The notes under the pieces: generated by a model
Databases searched by the model: none
What the model was told of the DNA's origin: nothing
What the model saw: the letters and a program-made list of their open reading frames with translations, nothing else
DNA from: a virus
Direction: 5' to 3' (one strand)
Virus record (IMG/VR): IMGVR_UViG_3300034200_001443
Coordinates: 70,381-134,380 of that record
DNA length: 64,000 nt
Part shown: piece by piece, positions 8,700 through 17,600 of the stretch
How positions within the stretch are numbered: position 1 is the stretch's first letter
How the letters are laid out: every line of letters begins with the position of its first letter
Position numbers and translations under genes: made by a program

Positions 8700-8945
8700 C
8701 TAGTAGTTAAAATTATCCCATAATTCATCACGCAAGGCGTATTCATACCTATCGGCAACCATAGAGTTTTTACCCCCTATGTCCTCACTTTCAATAAGTT
8801 TATCTAGTGAAAGAACCGCAGTGTATTCTTCGTCTTCAAACATGATTACTAACTTTGTATCTCCCTCGGCAGGATCATCAACTATAGCCACGACATACGG
8901 AGCGTTAGTTCCATTAGAGTGATAAACCTTTTGCACAATTTCCAT
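8700..8945 (-). CDS. Hypothetical protein
   Basis: ORF track; phage-like YHSNG motif. Confidence 0.6.
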   Translation of the reverse strand: MEIVQKVYHSNGTNAPYVVAIVDDPAEGDTKLVIMFEDEEYTAVLSLDKLIESEDIGGKNSMVADRYEYALRDELWDNFNY

Positions 8946-9035
8946 ACTCTAAAGAATAACCGCATCCAGCTTTCCTGATTTTTACCCCCCAAAAAGAAAC
9001 CCCCCACTTTTCGGTGAGGGGCTTAGAGAGTTTTA

Positions 9036-9272
9036 TTATGCTTCTCCCCATAGTTCTTCTAGGGTGTCGGGTTCATAGGGGTCGCCCATTTCTTCCTTCT
9101 CCTTTTCGAAAGTCCAAGCGTGTCCGCACTCGCACTTTACTTCTGAGGATACATTTCCCCAGTCGTCTGTCATAAAGTCTTCTTCCCAAGCCTTACCGCA
9201 CTCATAGCACTCTACTTCTAGAGTTACATCTTCGGCGTATATACCTGAGCCCTTCATACTTCCTTCGCTCAT
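9036..9272 (-). CDS. Acidic zinc-ribbon protein
   Basis: CYEC...CECGH; has its own promoter and RBS. Confidence 0.65.
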   Translation of the reverse strand: MSEGSMKGSGIYAEDVTLEVECYECGKAWEEDFMTDDWGNVSSEVKCECGHAWTFEKEKEEMGDPYEPDTLEELWGEA

Positions 9273-9302
9273 TTTCTTTCTCCCTTCTGAGCAAGTGTTT
9301 TA

Positions 9303-9331
9303 ATTCTACACTACCTACCTGACATTTTCAA
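9303..9331 (-). promoter_or_regulatory. Early promoter with variant spacer
   Basis: TTGAAA-atgtcaggtaggtagtg-TAGAAT. Confidence 0.75.
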
Positions 9332-9337
9332 TAGGGA

Positions 9338-9436
9338 CACTTCACCCCTGCTAGGGAGGCAAGGGTAAAGTGCGATAGGCATTGGAATACCTATCTCATC
9401 AGGGAGCGATAGGAAGGGAATCCGCGCTACTACCTG
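9338..9436 (-). ncRNA. Three-hairpin element with anti-SD-like loops
   Basis: First stem needs G-U pairs on the minus strand; loops read CUCCCUA and AUUCCCUUCCUAU. Confidence 0.45.
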
Positions 9437-9486
9437 GACTCCTATTCTAGCACCTACGATTTACCGCAAAAAACTTTTTACCCCTC

Positions 9487-9798
9487 TTAACCATTAAAAC
9501 AATCAGGACACTCTAACTCTCTAACCGCACCAGCTACTTCACTATTAACTTTCCCTCTTCCGTAACAAGTCTCGCAATTAGGGTCACCTTCATCTAAGAC
9601 TCCTATGTGATTACAAACCGCTTCTACATCCCACCCGTAGTGATGCTTCATTAACGCCTTTGCACTTCTAAGACAAGCGTCTTCATACACTTCGCCCTTT
9701 TCTACATCTTCTTCTCTTACCGCAACACTTACGATCATAGAGAAATAATCTCCTATAAAGATTACATTCTTCGGTGTAATTAAATTATCCATAGACAT
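9487..9798 (-). CDS. Hypothetical protein with C-terminal zinc ribbon
   Basis: CETCYGRG...CPDC. Confidence 0.6.
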   Translation of the reverse strand: MSMDNLITPKNVIFIGDYFSMIVSVAVREEDVEKGEVYEDACLRSAKALMKHHYGWDVEAVCNHIGVLDEGDPNCETCYGRGKVNSEVAGAVRELECPDCFNG

Positions 9799-9868
9799 AC
9801 CTTACCGCTTTTTACCCCCAACAAACAAGAAACCCCCGCCATTTCTGACGGGGGCTTCCTTTAATTTA

Positions 9869-10093
9869 TTACGCTACCGATACCCATTTAACGGCAGTGC
9901 TTAATACATTGTCGTAATCGCCTGACATACTTTCATCAAGATAAGCATTTATTTCTTCCTGAGAAACTCCTGCCTTTCTAAGTGCGTTAGCGACTCGTCC
10001 CATAATTGCAACGGCATTTCCGTCTTCGCCGACAAGTGCTACTTCAATCTCCGCATACTTTGGTGCATCAATCCCTATAAATTCTCTAGCCAT
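9869..10093 (-). CDS. Conserved phage hypothetical protein
   Basis: LVGEDGNAVAIMGRV..ALRKAG...SGDYD pattern; strong RBS. Confidence 0.7.
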   Translation of the reverse strand: MAREFIGIDAPKYAEIEVALVGEDGNAVAIMGRVANALRKAGVSQEEINAYLDESMSGDYDNVLSTAVKWVSVA

Positions 10094-10123
10094 TTTTCCC
10101 TCCTTTCGTCCCTAGTGTCTTTA

Positions 10124-10291
10124 TTATACTCCCGATAACTCTAATTTCAATTCATTTACAATCTTTTCTGCTTCGTGTGCCGTTAAGTATCTAGCCATAG
10201 CCCTGATAACTACAATCGGATTAGCTCCTGCTTCCAATACTTCGCCGATCACTTTTCTATTAAACTCATACTTATCCAATTCTTTTTCCAT
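10124..10291 (-). CDS. Hypothetical protein (55 aa, not in ORF track)
   Basis: MEKELDKYEFNRKVIGEV... starting at a GGGGTAAAAATG junction. Confidence 0.6.
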   Translation of the reverse strand: MEKELDKYEFNRKVIGEVLEAGANPIVVIRAMARYLTAHEAEKIVNELKLELSGV

Positions 10292-10293
10292 TT

Positions 10294-10686
10294 TTACCCC
10301 TCCTCTTCTTCATCTTTAATAAGGGTGAATGAGAAACCTGCGCCAGTAGGCTCGTCGTGGCTTGACCGTGTTGCAGTAAGGACTGTGCCTTCGTGCTTAA
10401 ACCGTAAATTAAAGTCGCCATTTATAGTTAGCGTGTTTAATACTTTGTCGAAAGAAACTATGGCTTCTCCACTTCTGTGTTGCCAACCCATATTTCTGCC
10501 AGTAATTCTTACGGTGTTCCAATCAACGCCTACTGCCTTGCGCCAGTTATTCATCATCTCTTTGAACAACCATTTAGAATCTTCCCAGCAATCGAAACAA
10601 TAATCGCTAGGCGTATCGTCTTCGTTAGTGCAAGTGCAATCGCTAGTCATTTCTAGCGTAATCTTTTCTTCGGTGTTTATGCTCAT
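10294..10686 (-). CDS. Hypothetical protein
   Basis: CxC...CxxC and SSHDEPTG motifs; RBS. Confidence 0.65.
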   Translation of the reverse strand: MSINTEEKITLEMTSDCTCTNEDDTPSDYCFDCWEDSKWLFKEMMNNWRKAVGVDWNTVRITGRNMGWQHRSGEAIVSFDKVLNTLTINGDFNLRFKHEGTVLTATRSSHDEPTGAGFSFTLIKDEEEEG

Positions 10687-10785
10687 AGTTTTACCTTTCC
10701 CTAGTTTTTATGAACAAGATAATTTTATCATACCTTTATGCAAATAGGGCTCTTTAACTCCGTATTCTTTTTTCCCAGCGTCCAG

Positions 10786-11004
10786 CTAAGAAACAATTAC
10801 ATCATCTAGCCAATAGCCCGCATACTTTTCTCCGTCTTTCATTTCATCATTGAAACTTTCCGCAAACAAGTCTCCCTCTTCGCTATCTATCCAGTTTTTA
10901 CCCTCGGCAAGAGTATCGAAAGAGATATGAGCCCAAACAATTTCTACATCATCATCTTCATTTCTAAGTATTGCTATCGCTTTATACGGCTTATCTATGA
11001 TCAT
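10786..11004 (-). CDS. Acidic hypothetical protein
   Basis: Junction motif at start. Confidence 0.6.
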   Translation of the reverse strand: MIIDKPYKAIAILRNEDDDVEIVWAHISFDTLAEGKNWIDSEEGDLFAESFNDEMKDGEKYAGYWLDDVIVS

Positions 11005-11006
11005 TT

Positions 11007-11312
11007 TTACCCCCCGTAGTCCTCATCTGTTCCATACCCTGCGCTTGCAAGAGTATCTGCGTCCGCTTCTACATCACTCATCTGTGGGATACCTTCGTCC
11101 GTTACCCAATAACCTGTTCCATCTGCGTTCAGAGTATTTTCCTCAATAGTCCAATCCGCTTCGTCCCAGCGAACTTCGTCCGTCATAATCTTGCCGATTT
11201 CATCTATGAACCTCTGCATAACCGCTTCGGCTTCTTCCATACTGCTCGCCTTGATTTCTACTATTGAGATAGTTAGGTCTCGCCCCGTTGAGTAATACTT
11301 TTCTGCGCTCAT
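11007..11312 (-). CDS. Acidic hypothetical protein
   Basis: Start MSAEK; C-terminal DADTLASAGYGTDEDYG. Confidence 0.6.
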   Translation of the reverse strand: MSAEKYYSTGRDLTISIVEIKASSMEEAEAVMQRFIDEIGKIMTDEVRWDEADWTIEENTLNADGTGYWVTDEGIPQMSDVEADADTLASAGYGTDEDYGG

Positions 11313-11422
11313 CACGCTACCTCGCAATCGTGTCCGTATGCCCACTCGCTTGCTTCTATTTCATCTAATAAATCAAACACACGCTTACACTCAACGCATC
11401 TTGCCTTAGTGCTAATTTTCAT
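11312..11422 (-). CDS. Small zinc-binding protein (36 aa)
   Basis: MKISTKARCVECKRVFDLL...YGHDCE; directly after a promoter. Confidence 0.55.
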   Translation of the reverse strand: MKISTKARCVECKRVFDLLDEIEASEWAYGHDCEVA

Positions 11423-11466
11423 TTTTATCTCTTTCCCTAGCCGTTAGCCCCTTGCTAACAATTCTT

Positions 11467-11495
11467 ATTATACACGACCTTCCTGCAATTTCATA
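11467..11495 (-). promoter_or_regulatory. Early promoter with conserved spacer
   Basis: ttgcaggaaggtcgtg-TATAAT. Confidence 0.7.
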
Positions 11496-11596
11496 CGATC
11501 CCCTGCCGTTTCTTTTTTACCCCTCGCCTTTTTACCTTGCCGTAGAAAGCAAAAACCCCCTGCTTTCGCAAGGGGCTTCTGCCGACTAGGGATTGT

Positions 11597-12031
11597 CTAT
11601 TTGGTAAGAACAACTGTGAAAGTGCTTTCCACCTTAGTCTTAGCAAAGACTTCAGGGAAATCCAATTCCAACTTTTTCTTATCTACATCTGTGCGATTAC
11701 GCTCGGAGATTGTAATTCTCGTTGCGCCGTTTAGTGTTCCCTTTTTAGCAACGCCGACCCATTTCTCGGTGCTACCAACTAACACTTTTTCCCAACCCAT
11801 TAGCAAATAAATTGCTTCTGTGGCTTCTTGCTTTTGCTTTTCCAAATCAGTAATCGCTTCACGCAATCTAACTAATTCGGCAACTGTGGCTTCTGCCTTT
11901 TTCTTGTTCTTATCAAGCGAAATAACTTCACTTGTTGCTACAACTGTTGTTTCATCAACAACTGTCTTGATTGTTTTTCCAGCAACCTTTTTAGTGGTGC
12001 TAGTGGTGGTGCTTTTGATAGTGCTACCCAT
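11597..12031 (-). CDS. Hypothetical protein (coiled coil, basic C-terminus)
   Basis: Has its own promoter, RBS and a terminator at ~11551-11580. Confidence 0.7.
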   Translation of the reverse strand: MGSTIKSTTTSTTKKVAGKTIKTVVDETTVVATSEVISLDKNKKKAEATVAELVRLREAITDLEKQKQEATEAIYLLMGWEKVLVGSTEKWVGVAKKGTLNGATRITISERNRTDVDKKKLELDFPEVFAKTKVESTFTVVLTK

Positions 12032-12086
12032 TTGGATACTTCCTATTCATTTCGTCATTTCCTAGGCGTTGTTGCCTAGTAAAAGA

Positions 12087-12116
12087 ATAATAACCTACTT
12101 TCCTGCCTTTCGTCAA
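12087..12116 (-). promoter_or_regulatory. Early promoter with conserved spacer
   Basis: TTGACG-aaaggcaggaaagtaggt-TATTAT. Confidence 0.8.
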
Positions 12117-12140
12117 ATCCAAACCTATCGTGTCGGGAAA

Positions 12141-12344
12141 TTAGTATCCCTCGGCATAGACTTCCTGTTCCTCGTCATAGAGTCCTGTGTAAATAACTAC
12201 CTGCCCCTCATTGTCGTATTCGTGTCCAACCCTTTTGGCTAGGTTATCCACAAGGTATTCGGTAGTAATTGTCCAGCGTGAAATACCAAATCCAATCCCA
12301 GCACCGATAATCATCATCAGTAAAGTGAAACCATTGAAAAACAT
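12141..12344 (-). CDS. Small membrane protein
   Basis: N-terminal TM helix; junction motif. Confidence 0.6.
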   Translation of the reverse strand: MFFNGFTLLMMIIGAGIGFGISRWTITTEYLVDNLAKRVGHEYDNEGQVVIYTGLYDEEQEVYAEGY

Positions 12345-12346
12345 TT

Positions 12347-12604
12347 TTACCCCTTATCCGTATTAGCGACAACTTTTTGTGCGATCTCTACAAAGTCCTC
12401 AGCAGCAGAGCTTTGGAAATACCACTCTCCGTTTTCGTAATTCTCTATTACCTCAGACCATTGTTCGTCCGTTAGTGTTAGGTCAGGCTTTTCTCCCCAA
12501 CCCGAGCCGTATGACTCAATAATCTTTTTATCCCAATAAGCGACAATCAACTCGTCCTCGCCGTCATAACTTTTCAATTGTTCTAATAAATCTTTTACTT
12601 TCAT
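12347..12604 (-). CDS. Hypothetical protein
   Basis: Start MKVKDLLEQL at 12604. Confidence 0.65.
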   Translation of the reverse strand: MKVKDLLEQLKSYDGEDELIVAYWDKKIIESYGSGWGEKPDLTLTDEQWSEVIENYENGEWYFQSSAAEDFVEIAQKVVANTDKG

Positions 12605-12666
12605 TTTTACCCTTCCCCTTTGGTAAGGCACGCCGTTAGACGTGCCCTATAAGTTGTGTGACGCCG

Positions 12667-12903
12667 TTAGTAAGAGGCTCCTAGTTTGTCAGGATTATTT
12701 ACTGCATAGTCCATGCCGTCATTGTATCCAGCATAATAAAGACTCTCTAGCCGTTCGGCTAAAGCCTTTGTTGCCTTGTCTATGTTAGACATACTCGCCT
12801 CAAAATACATTATTTCTTCGGCTTGTTCTTTTACATCTTTACGAACTTCTTTTTTTGTTCTCAATTTTTCTACATCACCCCCCCGTAAGTTTCTTTCCAA
12901 CAA
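12667..12903 (-). CDS. Hypothetical protein (start uncertain)
   Basis: ORF track; AGYNDG motif. Confidence 0.5.
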   Translation of the reverse strand: MLERNLRGGDVEKLRTKKEVRKDVKEQAEEIMYFEASMSNIDKATKALAERLESLYYAGYNDGMDYAVNNPDKLGASY

Positions 12904-13103
12904 TTAGGGTGCGTGCCTGTAAGCATTTGCTCACGCAACGCTTTATCTAAATCAGGGTAAGCCTCTTGAATAAGTCCACCAAGTTGCCTAACCAAAAAAC
13001 CTTCCATAGGAACTTCTACTTGCCCGTAATCTCCACACACAAAACATTTTGGAGTTTCCACAATGTAAGTCGTGTTCTTTACCATTTCACCGAAAGCCGT
13101 CAT
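12870..13103 (-). CDS. Small zinc-binding phage protein
   Basis: CFVC...IQEAYPDL...REQMLTGTHPNCW. Confidence 0.65.
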   Translation of the reverse strand: MTAFGEMVKNTTYIVETPKCFVCGDYGQVEVPMEGFLVRQLGGLIQEAYPDLDKALREQMLTGTHPNCWKETYGGVM

Positions 13104-13145
13104 TTTTTTCCCTTTCTGTTCGGTAAGTTTATTGTATCAGATTTA

Positions 13146-13442
13146 CTATTCAATTCCAAGTTCTTGGCGAATAGTGTCTACCGCTTCCATCCACGCTGCT
13201 GCTCGGACTTCATTGAGGACATCATCGTTCACGAAAAGTCTGAGAAACTTCAACCATTGTTCGTTTGTAATCTCAACTCCAAGATCAGACTCTACATCTG
13301 ACTTACACCAGACGCCCCAATGAACGAGTTCATTTTCGTCAAACTCTTGCGAAATAAACTCCGCAACTTGACCAGCCGTAAGGAACTCTGCATCTTCTTC
13401 TAATTCATCATCATCTATCTCTATGTCATTTTGATTTGTCAT
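13146..13442 (-). CDS. Acidic hypothetical protein
   Basis: 4-bp overlap with the upstream gene. Confidence 0.6.
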   Translation of the reverse strand: MTNQNDIEIDDDELEEDAEFLTAGQVAEFISQEFDENELVHWGVWCKSDVESDLGVEITNEQWLKFLRLFVNDDVLNEVRAAAWMEAVDTIRQELGIE

Positions 13443-13951
13443 TTTATATCACCCCCTAAAAAACCTTGATTCTTTTTATGGCGAAAGTTCTTTATATTGA
13501 AAGTAGTGTGACCCGTAGCCTCTGCTATTTCACGGGCAGTTATTTTATTGTCGATAGCAAGGATTATTAGTTCTTGCTTTCTTTTTTTCAGGTCGGAATA
13601 TTGTTTAGAAATAATTTCCAACTCGGTGAGAATTTTTACCGCAGTAGTGTCTACTGTTACTGACTTTGGTCTGCCCACTCTAAACTTCTGTGTAGATTTC
13701 ACCTCACCTTTTTGAGTGAAACCAATAGAGTAACTCTGCTTTACTCTTTTATAGCGATTAGTTATTGCTTGACTGCTTTGATAACCTAGAGCAAGAGCAA
13801 GTTCTACTGCCGAAACTCCTCGCTCAATCTCATCTACAATCAGTCTGTCAAACTCTAAAACTTCAACCGCAGCTCTATTACCGCCCCACGCTTTCTTTTG
13901 GTCTGGTTTTAGTTCTAGCAATCTTTCGATTACCTTCTCGTCTGCTTTCAT
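13439..13951 (-). CDS. Two-HTH DNA-binding protein
   Basis: GVSAVELALALGY and ITAREIAEATGHT patterns. Confidence 0.6.
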   Translation of the reverse strand: MKADEKVIERLLELKPDQKKAWGGNRAAVEVLEFDRLIVDEIERGVSAVELALALGYQSSQAITNRYKRVKQSYSIGFTQKGEVKSTQKFRVGRPKSVTVDTTAVKILTELEIISKQYSDLKKRKQELIILAIDNKITAREIAEATGHTTFNIKNFRHKKNQGFLGGDIK

Positions 13952-13996
13952 CAGCGAGATACCCCTTTCGTCATTTGGATAGTTATTATAGCATTT

Positions 13997-14491
13997 TTAG
14001 TGGTGGAAATCTGCAATAACCGCAAATTGTTTTTTCGGGTCTTTTTCTATTCTTTCCATAAGATAAAAAAGCCCCCCTGTTCCTGCCTCTAAATCCCAGA
14101 TAGCACTATCGCTATTCCAGTAATCAGCAATCAAAGTTCCAATCCTTCTTATGTAAAAACCAACCATACCTAAATCAAAGTTATTTATTCTTGGGTCATA
14201 ACTATCTATAACTTCACCTAAAGTTTTACCCTCTTTATCGAAAGCAGCTAAACTTTCTTTCATGTGAGTATGGCGATACTCGGAAAAAGTATTTATCCAT
14301 TTCATAAATACTTCAGGGTCATTAGCGTAATTCAGAGCATTAGTAGGTTCATCATCTCCGAACATACCTGTCCAGCGACCACCAACTTCAGACCAATCAG
14401 ACCAATCTGCTTCTTCTAGTCTGCTTTCAACTATCCCTATTGCTTCTTGGTGAGTATCTGCCTCAACCAAAAGTAATTGAACACAATGCAT
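13997..14491 (-). CDS. Conserved phage hypothetical protein
   Basis: MH...DWSEVGGRW...V.ADFHH pattern. Confidence 0.65.
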   Translation of the reverse strand: MHCVQLLLVEADTHQEAIGIVESRLEEADWSDWSEVGGRWTGMFGDDEPTNALNYANDPEVFMKWINTFSEYRHTHMKESLAAFDKEGKTLGEVIDSYDPRINNFDLGMVGFYIRRIGTLIADYWNSDSAIWDLEAGTGGLFYLMERIEKDPKKQFAVIADFHH

Positions 14492-14536
14492 TTTTTACCC
14501 CTCGTCATTTTGTCTTAGGTCTATTCTACCAAAAAT

Positions 14537-15004
14537 CTACTCCAAATCAAGAACCACGACTTGTCTGCCCTCAACTTGTGGCATTTGATTATTTTCAATC
14601 ATGCAGACATTTACAAATTGTTCAATCAGGTATTGGCAAGCATGGTCAAAGGCTTCATCTGCTTGGTGATTGACCATGTCCAAATGCTCTCCGTCAGAAC
14701 TGTAAACATCAAACCACGAATTGTTTTGCCAATCCAATCGGGGATAATTCCCAGAACTTGCTTCTGCTAAAGCTTTATCCGTAAGTAGATCATCAGGGAA
14801 CTCGCTACTGTTTGTGTAAGTGCTACCCGTTTCCCTGTCCTCAATCTTGGTATCTCCGTCTACATAAATCGTGACTTCAAAATCTCCTAGTCCTACTTTG
14901 CAGACCGCTCCCTTTTCCCACCACACGCTTTCTTGGTGGTCGCCGTCAGGTGTGTTTCCATCAAGCCAAAAGAACTCAATCTCGTATTCCCCTGCCGTTG
15001 GCAT
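14537..15004 (-). CDS. Acidic hypothetical protein
   Basis: Junction motif; WQNNSWF. Confidence 0.6.
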   Translation of the reverse strand: MPTAGEYEIEFFWLDGNTPDGDHQESVWWEKGAVCKVGLGDFEVTIYVDGDTKIEDRETGSTYTNSSEFPDDLLTDKALAEASSGNYPRLDWQNNSWFDVYSSDGEHLDMVNHQADEAFDHACQYLIEQFVNVCMIENNQMPQVEGRQVVVLDLE

Positions 15005-15006
15005 TT

Positions 15007-15234
15007 TTACCCCTCGTTCAGTTTTTTCAAGAGCGAGCCTACTTGTTCCGTTGCTTCGTATTCCAAATCCATTTCGATAGGGTCGTCATAATTTAATGTT
15101 CTCCACCTGCCCTCATCATGATCTACTCCGTCCCATACCGGGCCGTTCTTAAACCATGAACCTAAAGCTTCGTCTGCCGATGCCCATTTTTTTGTTTCCG
15201 TATTAAAACAAATTAAGTAATGGATTTCTGCCAT
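15007..15234 (-). CDS. Hypothetical protein
   Basis: TAATG coupling with the upstream gene. Confidence 0.6.
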   Translation of the reverse strand: MAEIHYLICFNTETKKWASADEALGSWFKNGPVWDGVDHDEGRWRTLNYDDPIEMDLEYEATEQVGSLLKKLNEG

Positions 15235-15386
15235 TACAAAATCTCTCTTGCGTCAAAGTTCGCCTTATGAACTAGGTCGCCGTATTCCTCTGCCGTCCAA
15301 GCCTCTGCTTGTCGTAGAGCCTCGTCCTTGCTATCGGCTTCCCATACTGTTCTGATACTTGCCGATACTACAACTTCGTATTTCAT
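15234..15386 (-). CDS. Hypothetical protein (50 aa, not in ORF track)
   Basis: MKYEVVVSASIRTVWEADS...; AAATGACGAAAGGG leader and TTGACG/TATGAT promoter. Confidence 0.65.
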   Translation of the reverse strand: MKYEVVVSASIRTVWEADSKDEALRQAEAWTAEEYGDLVHKANFDAREIL

Positions 15387-15703
15387 TTTTTCCCTTTCGT
15401 CATTTGTTCTTGTTATCCAATCCTATCATACCTATCCAAATACCCGTCAATACCAAATTAAAGTTTTTACTTCCTATGCTCTCTTTTTAATTTTTGAGCG
15501 TAATTCCCGGTAGGGTGCTACCTTTTTTTCGGAACTAAAAACTTCTAGTTAAAGGTGTTTAGTTTTACTGTGGTGCGGAAAATAAGTTATTCACTTCCGT
15601 CATGCTTCAGCTAATCCACGCTCACGACTACTTCGGTCTGCTGACTTGGTGGGGAACTGAAAACTTCCACACGATCTTGCGACCCGTTTCTTTTTACCCC
15701 GAC

Positions 15704-15750
15704 AACGAAAAACCCCCTACGCAACACCGATTCCGTAGGGGGCTTCCGTT
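15704..15750 (-). terminator. Large-loop intrinsic terminator after the VWA gene
   Basis: CCCCCUACG/CGUAGGGGG stem followed by U tract on the minus strand. Confidence 0.7.
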
Positions 15751-15752
15751 AA

Positions 15753-15801
15753 TCGTAATCGGGGGGACACACGCACCAATAAGGACGATACCCGACCACG
15801 A
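15753..15801 (-). ncRNA. Hairpin with a loop antisense to the VWA-gene leader
   Basis: 11-bp stem with 2 G-U pairs (minus strand); loop boxes complementary to the mRNA at 17606-17613 and 17621-17629. Confidence 0.6.
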
Positions 15802-15818
15802 AATCTCTTGCCGTTATC

Positions 15819-17600
15819 TCACGCCACGAACCTTTGCCCTGCCGTTGATAAAACTTTCTCGGCGTTCTTGCCGATAATTAAAGCAGACACACTTGGGTCA
15901 GTTATGTTCTCAACAACTTGGGCGTTCGCCGTTCCACAAATATGTTTAGCAGTTGAGCCGTTATCGCCAATCGGTAGCCATAGAACTGCTACGCCGTTCT
16001 TTGAGCAACGAGCAACCCACGCCTTTGCGTTCTCTGTTTCCTCATGTGTGTAGTGTCCGTCAGATACAACAACTAATAATCTTGCGCCCTCACCATTAAG
16101 TAGATTGAGTGCGCCGTCCAAAGCACGAAACGCTTTATCAAACTTTTCAGTTCCGTCAGGGGCAGAATAAACATTTACTTCTTTTAGTCGTTGCCCTGCT
16201 TTTAGAGTTGGGAAAACATCTGAACCATAATAAACCATAGCGCAACGACCCTGAACTCGGCGAACTGCCTCACTCATAATCCAAGCAGTAGAAGCCATTG
16301 GGTTCATAGCAGAACTCATTGACCCTGAAATATCTACCATTACGCCAACTGAAAGTGTTGGTTCATCTGTGTGCTTACGAACTTTTTTTGAGAAAGCAGT
16401 TGGTTGAGAATAAACTCCACGACTTTCCAAAGCCTTAGCCTCAATTACTTTTCTCATGTTTAATTTTCCGGGTGGAACAATACTTTTAACTTTAGTTATT
16501 CCACGCTCACGATACTTTGCTCTTTCTAAAGCCTTAGCAATTTTAACTGCGCTATTGCGTTCTTGACCATTAGGGCTTCGCTTCTCAACTAACTTAGAAG
16601 CAGTATGCGCTTCCCCCGGACCTGAACTCTTTGAGAATACTTGACGAGCAATTTCCTCATTTTTCTTTTGCTCTTTAGAAGTATTGGCTTTAGCAGTTGC
16701 GCTCTCTTTCATATCCTCTGATTGCTTTTGGTCTGCTAATTCATTGGCATTAGAAATAGAAATACTTTCGCTCATCTCGCCAAGCATTTCGCTAATCATT
16801 TCAGCAAAGGCTTCTTGTTGTTCTTGGGTTGGTTGTTCCCCTGCTTCCTCTGCCTTTTCACGAACTAATTTCGCCCACTCAATCGCTAGTGGATAGCAAG
16901 CAGAAATATCAGTATGAGTTGCGTGGTCTTGGAACTGATAAATAATTTCTTTTAATTTCATAACTAAATCAGAACCTAAAATCCCATTGACTTTATCTAC
17001 TAAATCAAAGGCTTCTAATTCATCAAGCGACCCTGCGATAATTCTTGCGTGGCATAATCCAACTAAAGAACTAGCAGAACGAATTGTTGATTGCTCTGAA
17101 AATACTTCTTTGGCTTCGTCAATAATTAAACCCATAGCACTTGCTCGTAAAAAAACTTTTGCGTCAGCGTGGGTCTTAATACCCCATGCTTCTATGCGAC
17201 CTTCCTCTAGCAACATCAAAGCCTCAAACTCATCTTGCTTTAGTGTCTTACCTGCTAGTGGAATATCCCATGCTGAAAACTTTGCGTGGTATGCCTCATG
17301 GCGAATTGCGCCAACTGCTTTAGCAAACTCGTATTGGTTCTTTCGCTTTGTTAAATCGTCAATCATGTTAGGTGTAGTGATTTCGCCAAAGGCTACTTTT
17401 GTATTTACTTCTACTTCTGCGAGAGCAGGTAAGAAACAAGCAGGTGCGCCTTGACCTGCTTCTGTTCCTAGTAAAGCAACTAGGTCAGTTCTATCAGCCC
17501 AAGTATTTACTAATTGAGTAATTTCATATCCAACTCCTAGCCAATCGCTAGGTGTCTTAATCTTGGAACGATTAAGTTCCTGTGGCTTTATGTGTGCCAT
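15819..17600 (-). CDS. VWA-domain protein (CobT/NorD-like) with N-terminal HExxH motif
   Basis: VDISGSM MIDAS motif, VVSDG and HEAYH. Confidence 0.85.
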   Translation of the reverse strand: MAHIKPQELNRSKIKTPSDWLGVGYEITQLVNTWADRTDLVALLGTEAGQGAPACFLPALAEVEVNTKVAFGEITTPNMIDDLTKRKNQYEFAKAVGAIRHEAYHAKFSAWDIPLAGKTLKQDEFEALMLLEEGRIEAWGIKTHADAKVFLRASAMGLIIDEAKEVFSEQSTIRSASSLVGLCHARIIAGSLDELEAFDLVDKVNGILGSDLVMKLKEIIYQFQDHATHTDISACYPLAIEWAKLVREKAEEAGEQPTQEQQEAFAEMISEMLGEMSESISISNANELADQKQSEDMKESATAKANTSKEQKKNEEIARQVFSKSSGPGEAHTASKLVEKRSPNGQERNSAVKIAKALERAKYRERGITKVKSIVPPGKLNMRKVIEAKALESRGVYSQPTAFSKKVRKHTDEPTLSVGVMVDISGSMSSAMNPMASTAWIMSEAVRRVQGRCAMVYYGSDVFPTLKAGQRLKEVNVYSAPDGTEKFDKAFRALDGALNLLNGEGARLLVVVSDGHYTHEETENAKAWVARCSKNGVAVLWLPIGDNGSTAKHICGTANAQVVENITDPSVSALIIGKNAEKVLSTAGQRFVA

